A stretch of DNA of 64,000 nucleotides from Balanoglossus misakiensis. Taxonomy: Eukaryota; Animalia; Hemichordata. The position numbers and the translations under genes were made by a program. The notes under the pieces are model-generated. The model saw nothing but the letters and a program-made list of their open reading frames with translations. It was not told where the DNA came from and made no database searches. The stretch covers positions 7,797,519-7,861,518 of the forward strand of contig CM082578.2 in assembly GCA_040954595.2 (NCBI GenBank). The letters are read 5' to 3'. Of this stretch, positions 1 through 13,000 are shown in pieces. How positions within the stretch are numbered: position 1 is the stretch's first letter; each line of letters starts with the position of its first letter.

Positions 1-3000
1 ATTATATTCTGTTTATATTGGATTGGTTGATTAGCTACATTGGTCTCATGGTTATATGCCTGGTCGAATGCTTCGTCTTCGTAGTGATTTACGGTGAGTA
101 TGTTTGGGTTCGGCTGTTAGCATGTGTTTGGTTAGAAAGGAATCAACCTTGGCAGGGTATATGTTGAGGCAGAATTCTTGATTTATGCAAGAAGAATTAT
201 TAGATTTCAGTACACTGGCTCTGCACATATAGATTAATTCATTCTCTTGGCGGAGAGGTTAGGACTGTTGGTCCGACTGGGACATTTGAATGAGGGATCA
301 AAGTCGCCCACCTTTTCACATTACTTTTGTGGTTTTCTTGGAGGGGGGGGGGGTCCAGCTCACTTACTGAAATATGCGCAATCGCCGGTATGGGTTGATA
401 AAACCCAATTCGGAACATGGCCATTTCCATCAATTCTCTGTGTGGTGTGATTCCGCTTACTGAAAAAATCGACCACCTGTTGCGTGGATCGTCCAATACA
501 AGACAGATGATACTGCAGAGCATCCGTCGCCCCGTCCGCACAGCTTTGCTAGTTCGTTCTGGGTGCAGTCAGTTTTCATAAAGGTCCCCTTACCCGAAAT
601 AGACATATATTGGCCAGCGAAGATGACTACAAATATTCCTTTGAGTCTATAGCTATAAGCCCAGGCAGTCATTTGGTTGCCGGCGTCACTTGAACACAAC
701 CTGAATATTGCCCGGCCGTTATCTACTGAGGCCTCAAATTAGTTTCGCATCCTAGTCTACAGGCCTGGACACTGCGTGATTCGCAAAGAGTGAGGCCAGG
801 CACATTGAAGCAGTGAAAGAGGCAAAGTGAAAGAGGCGTTATATTGGCAATTGACCGCAATGACGCGTTCAGCGGCAAAAAATCGGCCAGACAGCTCGCC
901 ACAATTACCGGTCACGGGGAAGAGAAGAAGCTTCCTTCATGGCCAGCGTTTTGCTTTCAGCAAGTTGAATGAGATAGACACTTAACAATTAAGATCCGCT
1001 AGCTGGATAAATAAATCATTTTTTATAATATTATATTGCAGGTGTAAACAACTTCTACAATGACATCGCAATGATGATTGGGAAATACCCGTCTGTCTGG
1101 TGGAAGATATGTTGGGCTGTGATCACGCCTCTCATTATTTTGGTAAGCTAAGAATTTAATAAATGCGGAAGTCGGACACACACTACATCTGCAAAGTTTC
1201 CCCCGAAGGCTGGATTTGGTTTCTCGTGACCCGGGCGGCACTGTTTGTTTCCGTGTAGTTTTATTGTCGAGAAAACACACACATTTAATAGTGGTGATCG
1301 TGGTCACTCTAAAATCTCGTCGATGCAATGATGGGGTTTTTGGGTATTGTCACACGTCAAAGGCAGACCACTTGTTGTTCTGTGCATTCGATATTTTAAT
1401 GTATCTTGAAAAGCCACAACTTATTCATGATTTCAGCCGCAAAATTCATCGTTCATTGCTTCCACCCCATTTTATTTTATTCCCCGGCCGACCCCCGACC
1501 CATCTGTTCCTTGAAAAGTGAAAAGTCGCCCAAGAATACTGATATTTGTCGAAACCCGAGCGCTGTTTCCTTAAGTCAAGAATGTGGTGAGAAGCTGTAA
1601 AGAACGAGGAAGAGAAACTAGCAAATCTCTGAGAAGTGGGCGTGCTGTCTTTATACGACTTCACTCACGAAAGTGGAATTTTTCTGAGTCATACTCGTCG
1701 TGTTTGACGACGAATCACCGGGCGACTGCCAATCGAATTTCATGACACGGACAGACACAGGTCGAAGGGTTAATAGTGAATTGTGTTTATCATCGACACA
1801 CACTCAGTACTTAACACGGTAGCAAAAGGGGAACTTATTTAACTGCAGCCAAGTTTCGGAAAGTGACGCATGCGCAGAAACACACATAAAAATCGAGGGG
1901 TATATATTCTTACCCAATTTCCTTACAGACGCTAGATTAAAACAGAGTATGAAACTTTCAAAGCAACACTGACAGTTTGAGAGACCTGAAAGAGATTGCA
2001 ATCCACTGCAGTTTTTAGTTCATTCCACTTTTCAAATCCGCTCCCGAGAAGTGTCTGGCGTTTGGAAATACGCCAAATGAATGACAAGCGGCGTACAGAC
2101 ATTTTTATTCTTGTATGGGATGATTAATGACACTATTGCTGTTGTTCAGTGTATCTGAAATTTACGTCGCTTGAACCTTATAACGCTTAAAGGTCGTCGA
2201 TTTCAATTGTCGCTTAACTGTTTTGCTCGACATTTCGGCCTTTCCTTCTAGACCCGAGGTCAGACTCACACGGTCTTTTATTGCCAGAAGTTGCCTGCGA
2301 TTTTTTTGTCCACCCTCTCGATGTGAAGTAACGTACTTCCGTATTCGCAGCAACGCCGTGGCAAACATTGCAGTAGAATTGAAGTAGACATTTTGTGTCT
2401 CCCAATAACTAACATGACAACAACATAAACGACGACGCCGATATCAAAATGATCTTCTACTTCAACTTTCAAGGGCGTTTCTAGAATTCTCTCAGTGTGT
2501 CGGACAATCGTGGTTGCATTAAATATACAACCTGTCAATCGCGACTTCAGTTGTCGTCAGCCTAGTCGAAGTGTGACCTTGTTTACGCCAGTATAACAAT
2601 CGGGACTCCAAATTTCAATCCATCGTCTGCCTCGCACTGAAATATTCAAACATCGTGACGGTCGATCGATGCCCCTGCAGACGTTTCTATGATAAGATCG
2701 AGTGTTTACATTCATTCTGAACCAAGGTTTTGACTTTCTGGACAACTCGAAATCAGCAGCATATTATTATGCGTATTGTTTGCTATAGGCATCTTATATA
2801 CTGTTTTTTACTTCTGGTTGGGTAAATTACAGAATGTAGCGCCACTAAATTTAAATATTATGGAAACATGATATGACTAGTGACAAGGACAAGATTACTA
2901 GTATATCAACTGATATACATGTACGATTTAAAGATTTGAAATGTGACTTGAGCCAAAGAGCGTTCAGTTTCAACAAATAAAAAATATCTAATGTGATACA

Positions 3001-5029
3001 AGCCACAAAAGACCTTTTACTGTTATATTTTATAGGTATACATACTTGTACATAGTGTTCCACGTACATATCATTGCTTGGCATTCCTCTGTTCTTTCTC
3101 AACGAATGCTCTTGAGATCGATGCCATGTATCATCACTTGCACGGTTGTAGTAAAACTGTTGTGTTTGTTTATAGTGTTTGACATGCACATACATGCCCT
3201 TGAATGTTAGTGAGTTTCGTGATAAAATTTACATTGGACGAGGCGAGAACATGAAGTAGGCTAACGTTCTGTTTTTTTTAAATCCACCGTTGGTTTCAGT
3301 TCATCTTGATAATGATGTTTGTTGGAAACTCCCCAATCGCGTATGGCAGCTACCTCTACCCGGAATGGTCGGTCGCCATTGGCTGGATGATTGCCTCCTC
3401 GTCCGTCGTCATCATACCCGTATGGATGGTGGTGGAGTATTTTATCTCATCCGAGGGAGATTCTTTCGGCCAGGTGAGAAGGCGGAATTTATTTGCGCTT
3501 CAAACATGTCAAGGAGTTTGTTTGCATGGATTGTCGACTCGAAACCCGCGACAGGGAGTTGGCAACTTTTCAAGCAAATGCTTAAAATCGCCAACGCGGC
3601 GCGCAAATATGCACGTATTACACGTAAAATGCAAAAAGTATTTTTTTTTCAATAATAAAACAATTTGATACACTTCCATTTTGAATCGGTCGGTTCAAAC
3701 CTCCAAGATATATTTGGGTGCATAACGAGGTTGGTTGTAAATCTGAGCTCAGTGACTCAAATAGTGATTTGGCATAGAGCCGGCCCAGACTGCACTTCGC
3801 GTCTATCGAAGTAGGGCTATGCATGTACATGTACTTCAAGACAAACTCTCTGCCATCTACTCCAGCCGTTTCTGTTTTATAATTCGTTCAACTAGTCAGG
3901 GAATTTATGACAAACAAATACCTTTGCGATAAACAGTACCCAAGGTAACAAAAAACCCCAGTCGTCGATTAGCACAACACAATGTGAGTGAAAGAACATA
4001 AGATTTTCACGGAGAATAGCGCCCAGTTAACCCCCCCCCCCCTTTCCGTGGGATGACCCGCATTCAGGGACGTACTATAACCGTGTCTCGCGCACAGAGA
4101 CTAAAACTAACCTGTGTCGTCGTGAGTCAGTGGTTGTAAATGTGTAGGTATACAAGGAGGTTACAGAGTGCGTTTAGGTCACGACATAGTCGATATTTTG
4201 TTTACTCGCCACTTCTAGTGAGAAACGCAGGTTGCAAGAAGTGGAAAAAGTCAAAATGTTACATTAAGACGTCGTGATCATGACCGAAGAATAACCAAAT
4301 ATTTTCGTGTGTTCCAGGAGACGTTCACAAAGAAGATCATCGGCCAAAAACAATATGTTTTTAGGCAAAACGGCCTGAGACACTTTATGATATAGTTTCC
4401 TACTGTTAAGACGGCATCAAAACCTGTTCCGTGGCATTTATTGTCCACGGAATCGAACAATTCGTTGCGAAAGAGAAATTTATTTCGTCATGAGATGGTC
4501 TTCTTTGTTCGCTATTGTCTACGTTTGGGGGACCGTCCCTTACTAGTCCCACTGTTTGCATGTTTATTCATCGACCGGGGTCCAGGCTCACCTACTTCAA
4601 TTTGTTACTCTGTGCGGTGACGTGTGTCACTGAACTGTCCCGAAAATATGTGATTTACGATCCGCTTTTGACTAAAGTTGATCTCGCCGTTTAAAAGTCT
4701 ACGACTTCCCCATCAAAAGTTTATGAAATAAAAATAATAAACCCTATATGAATGGGTGAATGCAAAGTGATTCAGCGATGCGGCGTTAAGTTTCATGTTC
4801 GGGCAAAAGACGGGTGACTCTGTCCAACCTGATTGAATAACTGCGGCCATGTTTTTTTCCTCCTTCACAGCGCTGTAAATCACTGATCCAACCGACAGAA
4901 GACTGGGGTCCTGCCATTGAAAAGTTCCGCACAGGCCGTTACGCTGCTGGTGCTAGGCTGCCGGGTGCAGTGTATTTGGAGATGAAGCCGGGGCTTCCCG
5001 AATACGATTCACCGCACTACGCTATGTGA
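1..5029 (+). CDS. SLC6 (sodium:neurotransmitter symporter family) transporter, 3' part (TM10-TM12 and C-terminus); most like the amino-acid (GlyT/PROT/ATB0+) branch
   Basis: Four phase-consistent exons: <1-93 ([31 protein letters not shown]), 1042-1142 ([33 protein letters not shown]), 3300-3473 ([29 protein letters not shown]...), 4871-5029 ([15 protein letters not shown]...HYAM*). The E-C...YG, F..DI..MIG..P..WWK.CW..ITP, YG.Y.YP.W...IGW and DWGP motifs are typical SLC6 C-terminal signatures. The 5' part lies outside the window. Confidence 0.93.
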
Positions 5030-7179
5030 TAATGAGTTGTATTAACGGAGCGTGTTTTGGGGAAACAGACGGTGTACTATTTGAATTTTCCGCTGTACAC
5101 ATACTAGTAATTTTTAAAATTATGTATACAATGTACATGTATGGTTTTGGTGGTGGTAATAGGATTTGATTTTATTAAGCGGGGCCGGATATATGTAGGA
5201 TTTGGGTTGCATAGTGATTCTACTAAATTTAAACATTGCCACTAACTAATACTGAACACAGACGTATTTGTCAAAAGAAACTTATGAGCAATGAGTTTAG
5301 TTTTTTATGGCAACAGCACACATTCATTTCCCCCCACACAAAACTTTTGTGCTCTTGCCAACATTTTGTATTTAAGTGAAGGAAATTGCTATGGATTCTT
5401 ACAGAAGCAAAACTCTCACCACAACAAATAAAAGCTTAGCTGTTCTATGGGGCGAATCAATTATTATGCATATCATAGCACATCTACGATCGAAACTGTA
5501 AGAAGTTGGAGTCACAACTCTCTCCAGAAGCTATTAAGTATACCACGTTCGCCATCTTTGCACTTTAATTTACATTGCATTACATTAGAATGTACAGACA
5601 TATGAACAAGGAACGACTGATAAATAGCTCAGGGCTATTTTTATCATTCACACACACCATCTATAAAATCATGACATGTTTCTGTATCATTTCCCATAGG
5701 ACGTTTCTTCCTTCTTGCCAGGCCAGCGTACACTGCCAGTTCTCAAATGCGGTGACGGTGAATGATATCTTCGTATTTAATTACAGCGTGAAGCGATCAA
5801 ATTTTACACTGCATGGGTTTGTTTTAAAAGAAAAAAATATATAATCTTTATTGGTATCAATAAAAATTGCTCCAAATTGTATAATTTGCTCTAGCTATAT
5901 ATATGCTTGGATTATCAAAACCGATAAAATGTCTGCATTAATGAAATATTCTGTGAAATGCATGGTGTTCACTGGTCACACAAACAGCACGCCATGTGTA
6001 TTATGGCGGGGCGCGGGTCTGATGAAAAATCAAGACACCCCCGGAAAACGCGGAAAGGTCCAGAACAATTGCTGGGTGTAGTAAAGAAAAGGTAACGCGA
6101 CAAAGGGTGTGTGGCCACTCATTGGCCTAATCACCAACTTCAGCTTTGACGGGCTTTCTATGACTTTTTATTTCTGCGTCCGAAATTTGTACCACCGAAG
6201 GCTTGTGTTCAGAGAATTGAATTCAAAATGGCAAACTAAAGAAAACGGCTGCAGGAAGTCGGTTGCTAACACATTTTTACAAAGGCGGGTAACACCGAGA
6301 CTTCCAGAATCTATTACAGTATTGACGAGTGGTCACTCCTATATGTCATGAAAAAAGAGGAAGATATTTCACGGAAATGATATTTTCTTTTGGATTTTGG
6401 GGGAAATACCCATGCGAACTTGTAACTCTAACTTGCAGCAATAAGTCTTCTTTTCATAGGCAGCGTAATTGTGTGTTACGCTGGAATACAAATTAATACA
6501 CGTATGTAAAGTACTTCCCTTGTGGAAACATTTAACTATTTCCCATAACCAATAAATATTTCCTGAGTTTAGATTGGTTTATAGCACAGAGCTATTTGCA
6601 TATGTATTGTGTGGGTTGATATTTCAATTCTTGAATTGAATTGATAATTCTTGTGTAAACATAATGGAACAAAGATGACACATTCTATATATTGGGTAAT
6701 AATTCCAGTAATAAAGGCGAGTCGTGCTGGGACTGTGTCCGCGATTTATAACATGAAGAGACCGCCGCTAATACAACATCTATCAATTATTTAGCTGTTT
6801 TAATTTCGATGACATTTCTTCAGTACGCAAAGCCTTCTTTTACCGTTGTCATAATTTGCCAGTCTCAGGAGAACACGATAAACTTATATTTTGCACGAAT
6901 AAAATATGTTGCTATGTTGAAATTGTATGTCTTATTTTACAGCCTAAGCGGAGTAAAAATCCTTGGGTCTCCCTGTGACGGGGACTCGCATAAAATAAAT
7001 AAATAAATAAATAAATTACTAGTAATATGACCTCTAGTTTTCGTAGTTGTACTTCTGAAATCAGTGAACTGTAACAGAAAGCGCATGTTCGTTCATGCAA
7101 GTTTCCACCCTGTCCTCACCTGACCTTAAAAGCAACGCAACTTATTATACTGCGTAACTTTCATACCTTATTCCAAGGC

Positions 7180-7558
7180 GTTGAGCCTCCGCCGGCTCGT
7201 CCCTGGCCGCCTATTTCATCACCTCTGCCAACATATCTGCATCTATATAAGACATGTCGGTCAAAGTAATGTCGTAATTTATCGAATATAAGGTATTGGT
7301 GACCCTGAAGTGTGTGTACCTACAAAGAATTAGTCAGAAGCCAGAAATAAAATCGAGGTCAAGTTATGAAGGTGCATCATGGGAAATATCTCGAGGTCTC
7401 TGACGAAGGTAAAACTCTGGTATGTTTTATCAACTTTTACTTCCGCGAGCAAGTCAGACGCTGGTTGAGTTGGGCGGCGGTAGGTGCGCGACGCCTGTGA
7501 ATGCTGCTGTAGTGAAGGAACTGGCGTTGACATTCCTCATAATTTCAGTTCGGTGAGT
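7180..7558 (+). promoter_or_regulatory. Putative promoter and non-coding first exon of plexin-1
   Basis: CpG-rich patch with TATATAA near 7243, an ACTTCCG (ETS-like) motif near 7439 and a strong donor CG|GTGAGT at 7553. The first coding exon has its own acceptor (ctttcag, 9977) 27 nt before the ATG, so an upstream UTR exon is required. CpG-poor sequence starts downstream. Confidence 0.45.
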
Positions 7559-9458
7559 TTTATTAACGCGATTTAACCATAACAGTGAGTAGAATATGTG
7601 GTGTGAGGTGTGTAAGTTCAATTTCGCAAAGGCGCTTGCGATGCGTATGTCCGCCCAATATAAACTTCGTAGCTACTCGTAAGTTGTAGTACCAGCAAGA
7701 GGAAGTTTTGTTCAACAGTAAATGCGGCTTTTTTTAGAATCGCGAATTAACTTACGTGTTTATATTATACGTGCTTGCTTAATCAGATATAGTGTGACTT
7801 AGTGATCATATCGATTCGGTCTTTTTATATAGCTTTGGGTCCTTGCTAATCGTGTTAATAGTTGCAACTTGTGATTGTTGGTAGGTTCTACGGACACCAT
7901 TATATCTTTAATCACCAGAACATTATCTTTAATCATCTATAATCATTATCCATGAGAGCCATCTTCGTGTGTGGTCTATTAACTACATCAGATTTCTACC
8001 TGTAACCAGCGGGCGATATTTCAGTATGGCCTCGTTAAAAAATCGGAGAACTGTGTTTTTTACAGAATTTACTTCCTACAAGTCGTGAATGCAAACAGGT
8101 CAACAATTGAAATCTGATTGATATCGTTTCCGGGCAGAACCTATTGTTTGCTTCAGTTGTGCCTTGGTGTCAAGATTGTGAGTGCGGCACAATTTTATTG
8201 CACCAATCAAAGTTTTGATTTTCCTACATTGAATGTTTGCACAGAGGAAATTGTACACAATTCAGTTACATCATAGTAGTCTTATATCGAGTATAATGAG
8301 TCATTGTCAATGACACAGTTCCCGCTGAATTGTGGATTAAAAAAGATGAATGAAATTGGTCAAGACGTGTTTGCAAAATGGCCAGTATGAAAATGTTTCT
8401 AGCAAAACATTAACCTGGTATTAAATTAGAGTGTAACACTAAACAATTGACAGCCATTTTGGATCATACTGTCGCAGAAAATAAGGTGTCCAGCTTAAGG
8501 TTATTTAAAGTATAAATACAAATTATACGGATGATCAATATTATAGAAAAGTACACTTGGTTTACAATTTGAAAGTTAAATTTACAATTTATGGAATAGA
8601 ACACAATGGATTAAAGTTATGACTATACTGTACTGCTGTAGAAATAATCACAATTGTTTTACTATTAATAAAATCCAGGCAAGGTTGGTCTTATGTGAAA
8701 TCTAGTTGAAGTTGTTATGATACTATTAAATGCTAGCATTGTTTAACTCAAACCTGTCTTTAAAGCTCCAATGGCTCCTACTTTTTGCATTATTTTCCCA
8801 ATTTTGTTTCCAAATTTAGAATGGTCCATTTTAAATGACCTGACTAATGGATATACACAAACATATAAATCTCTGATTTTGGCAGTACTTGTAAAAATGA
8901 ACAAGTCAGTTAAATAATAAACTGGTGCCTCACCCATTACATGAAAGGAATCTCTTTCCCTTGTTCTTAGCAAATGTCTTCAGATCAGCACCCCTAAAAT
9001 ATGCTTTAGAAATGTGAATTATGGGCAAAAATGCCAAGCTCGACTCTTTTACCATGTGACCTGGCCTGGCCTGTTGTAGTATATTAGCATAACAATTATA
9101 GGTATGCAAATTTGCAGTAGTCTGTTGGCTGTCTAGAAGTCATTGGGTCACTCAGTTGAGTTTATCAAAGGTCTATATTTTTGTGATAATGGTTATCTGC
9201 AGAGATAATTAGTGAATTGCTCAACCAATTAAAATTGATAAAAACTATAACCAAGAGGCATTATGCAATTTCTTATAAGAAACTGCAAATTGGTGCATCT
9301 AATGTTTTTTGTAAATATAGGCATATTTGTGAAATGGGTGGACTGATTTTGATTTAGCTGCTACATATATGACTATCATGAGAAATTTAAGTTCCATATT
9401 AATTTACCGCTAATTTTCATATTTATTTAATTTGTGACATTCTTGCCATAGTAAATCC

Positions 9459-9530
9459 ACAGTTCAACCCATATGAAGACAGTATCACAAGGAATTCCTT
9501 GTGATACTGTCTTCATATGGGTTGAACTGT
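9459..9530. repeat. Perfect 72-bp palindrome (no spacer)
   Basis: acagttcaacccatatgaagacagtatcacaaggaa|ttccttgtgatactgtcttcatatgggttgaactgt; the 36-bp arms are exact reverse complements. Confidence 0.97.
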
Positions 9531-10004
9531 ATTTATGACCCTTTCAAGTTTCTATCCAATAAACTGCAATTTAGCATGAAATATGACTCTTGCTAGATAA
9601 AGATACAGATTTTTTTAGTATGCATGCATTGCATGTTGGCACTAAGCTAGTAGACTTATACAAAATATAGTGCCTTTTCCTGAACATTTTTATCATAGTC
9701 AGCTGCCACCCCGGGCTGGCACTTAACACAGAACTAGTATTTAAGTGGTCTGACAGTGGCACACATCATCACATCTATGTGCGTTGGCTTGTTGACTTAA
9801 TTAATGGGTGAGGATTTGCTAGGATCATATGCAATGTCAGCAGTAGATAACAAAAGCACAAACACTGCTGCATTTTGCTTGGTTGCACCATATCAGTTCA
9901 TATTTTACATGTATGTTTATGTGCTCAAACATATATGAATATCTGCTAACTTTCCTTTTTTCCACTTTTTCTTTCAGTTCAAGATTCAGTATCCCACAGG
10001 AACA

Positions 10005-13000
10005 ATGTCTCAGATACCAGTTTCAAATCCCATAAAGGCAAATATGTTATTTGTGGCAACACTATTGTGCATACTGATGAACTCTAATGCAAACATCTAT
10101 GAAGCTGCAAATTTCACTGACACCAAGTCTAATGGATTCAACCACATGACTGTTCATAGGGACACTGGTGATGTGTATATTGGTGGAGTGAACCAGCTGT
10201 ATAGGTTAAATGGAGAGTTGGAACTTAAAAACAATGTATCAACAAGACCAAACTCAGAACAGGAACAGAAAGACACCCACAATAAAATACTGGCAATCAA
10301 CTATGACAGTAACCTTGTAACCTGTGACAGTTACAGAGGTACATGTCAACTACGTGATCTGCAGGATTTGTCTGTGACAAAAAATGGAGCAGGTGTGTTT
10401 GTCACATCAGTGTCACCTGATGAATCCACTGTGGGTTTTGTCGCACCAAATCCTGATGATCCGTTTCTGTATGTTGGCACAACAAGTGTAACTACAGGTG
10501 ATGGTAGAGAACCAGGTGATCCATTTGTGAGTGGCAGACAGCTGGATGATACCCGTAATGAGTTATTTGATGTTCTTGATGAAGGTAGTGATGATGAAAC
10601 ATCAGTCAAGGTTCATCCAGGCCATGCAGACTCTTTTCCTGTCAGGTATGTGACTGGATTTAGCCATGGTCGGTACAGCTACTTTCTGACTTCACAGTTG
10701 ACTTCAACATCAATAACATCTCCTTATATTTCCAAGCTTGTACGTGTCTGTCAAACAGCAAGAGATTACAGGTACAAATCCTATACTGAAGTGACATTGA
10801 AGTGCAAGGATGAACAATACAACCTTGCTCAAGCAGCTTATCTGACCAGACCTGCAGGAGACCTCATTCAGTCATTGGCATTGGGTGACAGTGAAAAAGT
10901 GTTATTTGTTGCATTTGCCAAGGGAGTTGATGATCCTCCAGTACCAACAACTGAGTCTGCAATATGCATGTATAAAATGAGTGTGATTGAAGAGGCATTT
11001 AAAGATGCTGCTGCAGGGTGTCTGACATCAAGGAAACCTGGAGGACCAGCTTCCTGGATAAATGGAGCTTTATGTCCCCGGTCAAATATTGACGTAAGTA
11101 CAGACTATTTGGATGTTTACGTTTAATTTTGCAACAATCATTTATGGGGTTTGATTCTTTTTATTCTCATTCTCATCTCTTTTTATTTCTCATGATATAA
11201 TACTTCTAAACATACCAAAATAAACTTGAAGTGTCGAGGATGCATGGTACTCCCAAGAAATGTAGCCAGGGTGACTCAAATGAGTCCAATCTCTGTCAAT
11301 TTCTTCATGCATTTTTGTCATGAGCAATAATTAAGACATATGCCAGAATTGATCTCATTCTAACTTTGCTTTGTTCATCTGTAGATTGTTACAGGGCATG
11401 ATAAGTTTCTGTCCACAGCGCCCTTATGTGACCATTTGATGCCATGTTGGTGGTCCACTGTATGTTTCACAGTCAACTGTGGGATTTTTATGGTCAACTG
11501 TTAATTTTTGGTAGTAAACTGGCCATTTTGAATTCCCCTCTTCGCTTTCATTTACCTACCCCTACAGTTGGATGGAGGTCGACAGACATTGAGTGTGAAA
11601 GTTGATACTAGTAACACAAAGTTGAACTTCAAGGGTATTGCTAAAATAAAAGCTATATCTGACATTAAAAAAAAACAATTTAGCCTATTAGTTTTATAAT
11701 CCAAACTAACTTTGTACAACAGTATTTATTTTGTTCAAGAATTTTGTCTTCATGGCGCAAAACCTGAAAATGATAAGCTAATATGGAAATTACACGCGAG
11801 CATGCAGTACCAAATGGATTGGCGTCGAGTGGGGGAGACCGACATGTTCTGAGTTACATATCCATCATGTCACCACTGTACTGGTATTTTTATTTGCATA
11901 CATGTTATTTAAAAAATTGCTCACGGTGTATAAATTGGCTCCCCAGAAAACCAAACTATATATAATGTAAAATGCTGATCGATCCTGAGGATTTACTGAG
12001 TGAAATTATCATTCTGATACTAACTCTGGACCATTGCCCTCTAACAATTTTTTTGTTTGAAAATAATTTGAGTCAAATTCATTAAACAAGAAATTCTTGT
12101 GGGTCACTGAAATGTGCGCTGCGTGCATCGAAGTGAAGTGGGGGGAAGTCTCCTGCAGGAAATTTGAATCTGATGGTTGGAGGTGCATTCTGGTGACATT
12201 TTCATAATAATTTTAGCAAAAAAAGGAGAGCGAAAAATGCTATTTTTTCTTTATTTATGTCGAAAAGTTCAACACCAAACCTTCCTACATGTACTTTCAT
12301 AAATTTGAAAAAAAAGATATATTGACAAGTAGTTTGAAACAGAAGTAAATTTTTTTCCACAGGGAAGCACCTACTGGGAATGTACACAGCAGATTTCCAG
12401 CATGTTGTACATAACTTAGGTCACTGTTGTTACTATATTCAGAAACAAAAGATCACATACACCAATAATATACATGTACCGGTATGGCCATTGTATGTTG
12501 TGAAGCCACATTTTCTTATATGATTTATGATTTTAGATCTAGGATAATGCACTCATGCACTTATTCAGACACGTAAGTTAATGTGTGCATGCATGGTTAT
12601 ACTGGGTATGTACACATCTAAGAATATGGAATTCAATAGATAATGGACCATGTGATACAAACTAAGACCTTCTTCCTAAAATAACAATGGTGTGCCTTTA
12701 ACGAAACCCCTGCCATTAATCCACCAGCAATATGTTATTGATTTGTTGATTTTCAGTTTCCTCCAAATCAAGAATGTTTTGCAGGCTCTCACTACTCATA
12801 TGCGAACGGAGTGGTTGATCAGGATGGGTATTCAGTAGAAGTCTATCCAAGTACTCTTGTCACATCAATAGCTGTCACCACTGTTGAACAACATACTGTG
12901 GGCTTCCTGGGTACAGACAGAGACTGGATTCTTAAGGTAATCATGGTGTGAGTGCTTCTGTTTTAATTGTTGATTGTAAATACTGGAAGAAAATCAAGGA

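Noticed and set aside
345-470. Weak similarity to 4575-4635 (gggtccag.ctcac.tact...ctctgtg.ggtg) and isolated TE-like ends at ~1765, ~22922, ~29737, ~60108 and ~62726
   Set aside because: Probably decayed repeat fragments, but matching opposite ends or target-site duplications could not be established by eye.
10346-10609. Conserved antisense ORF, repeated at 34731-34994
   Set aside because: Shadow of the near-identical Sema exons; no independent coding signal.
10005-11093. Sema exon as a semaphorin or MET/RON receptor
   Set aside because: Downstream exons encode three PSI domains, IPT repeats and a plexin GAP/RBD; there is no kinase domain.
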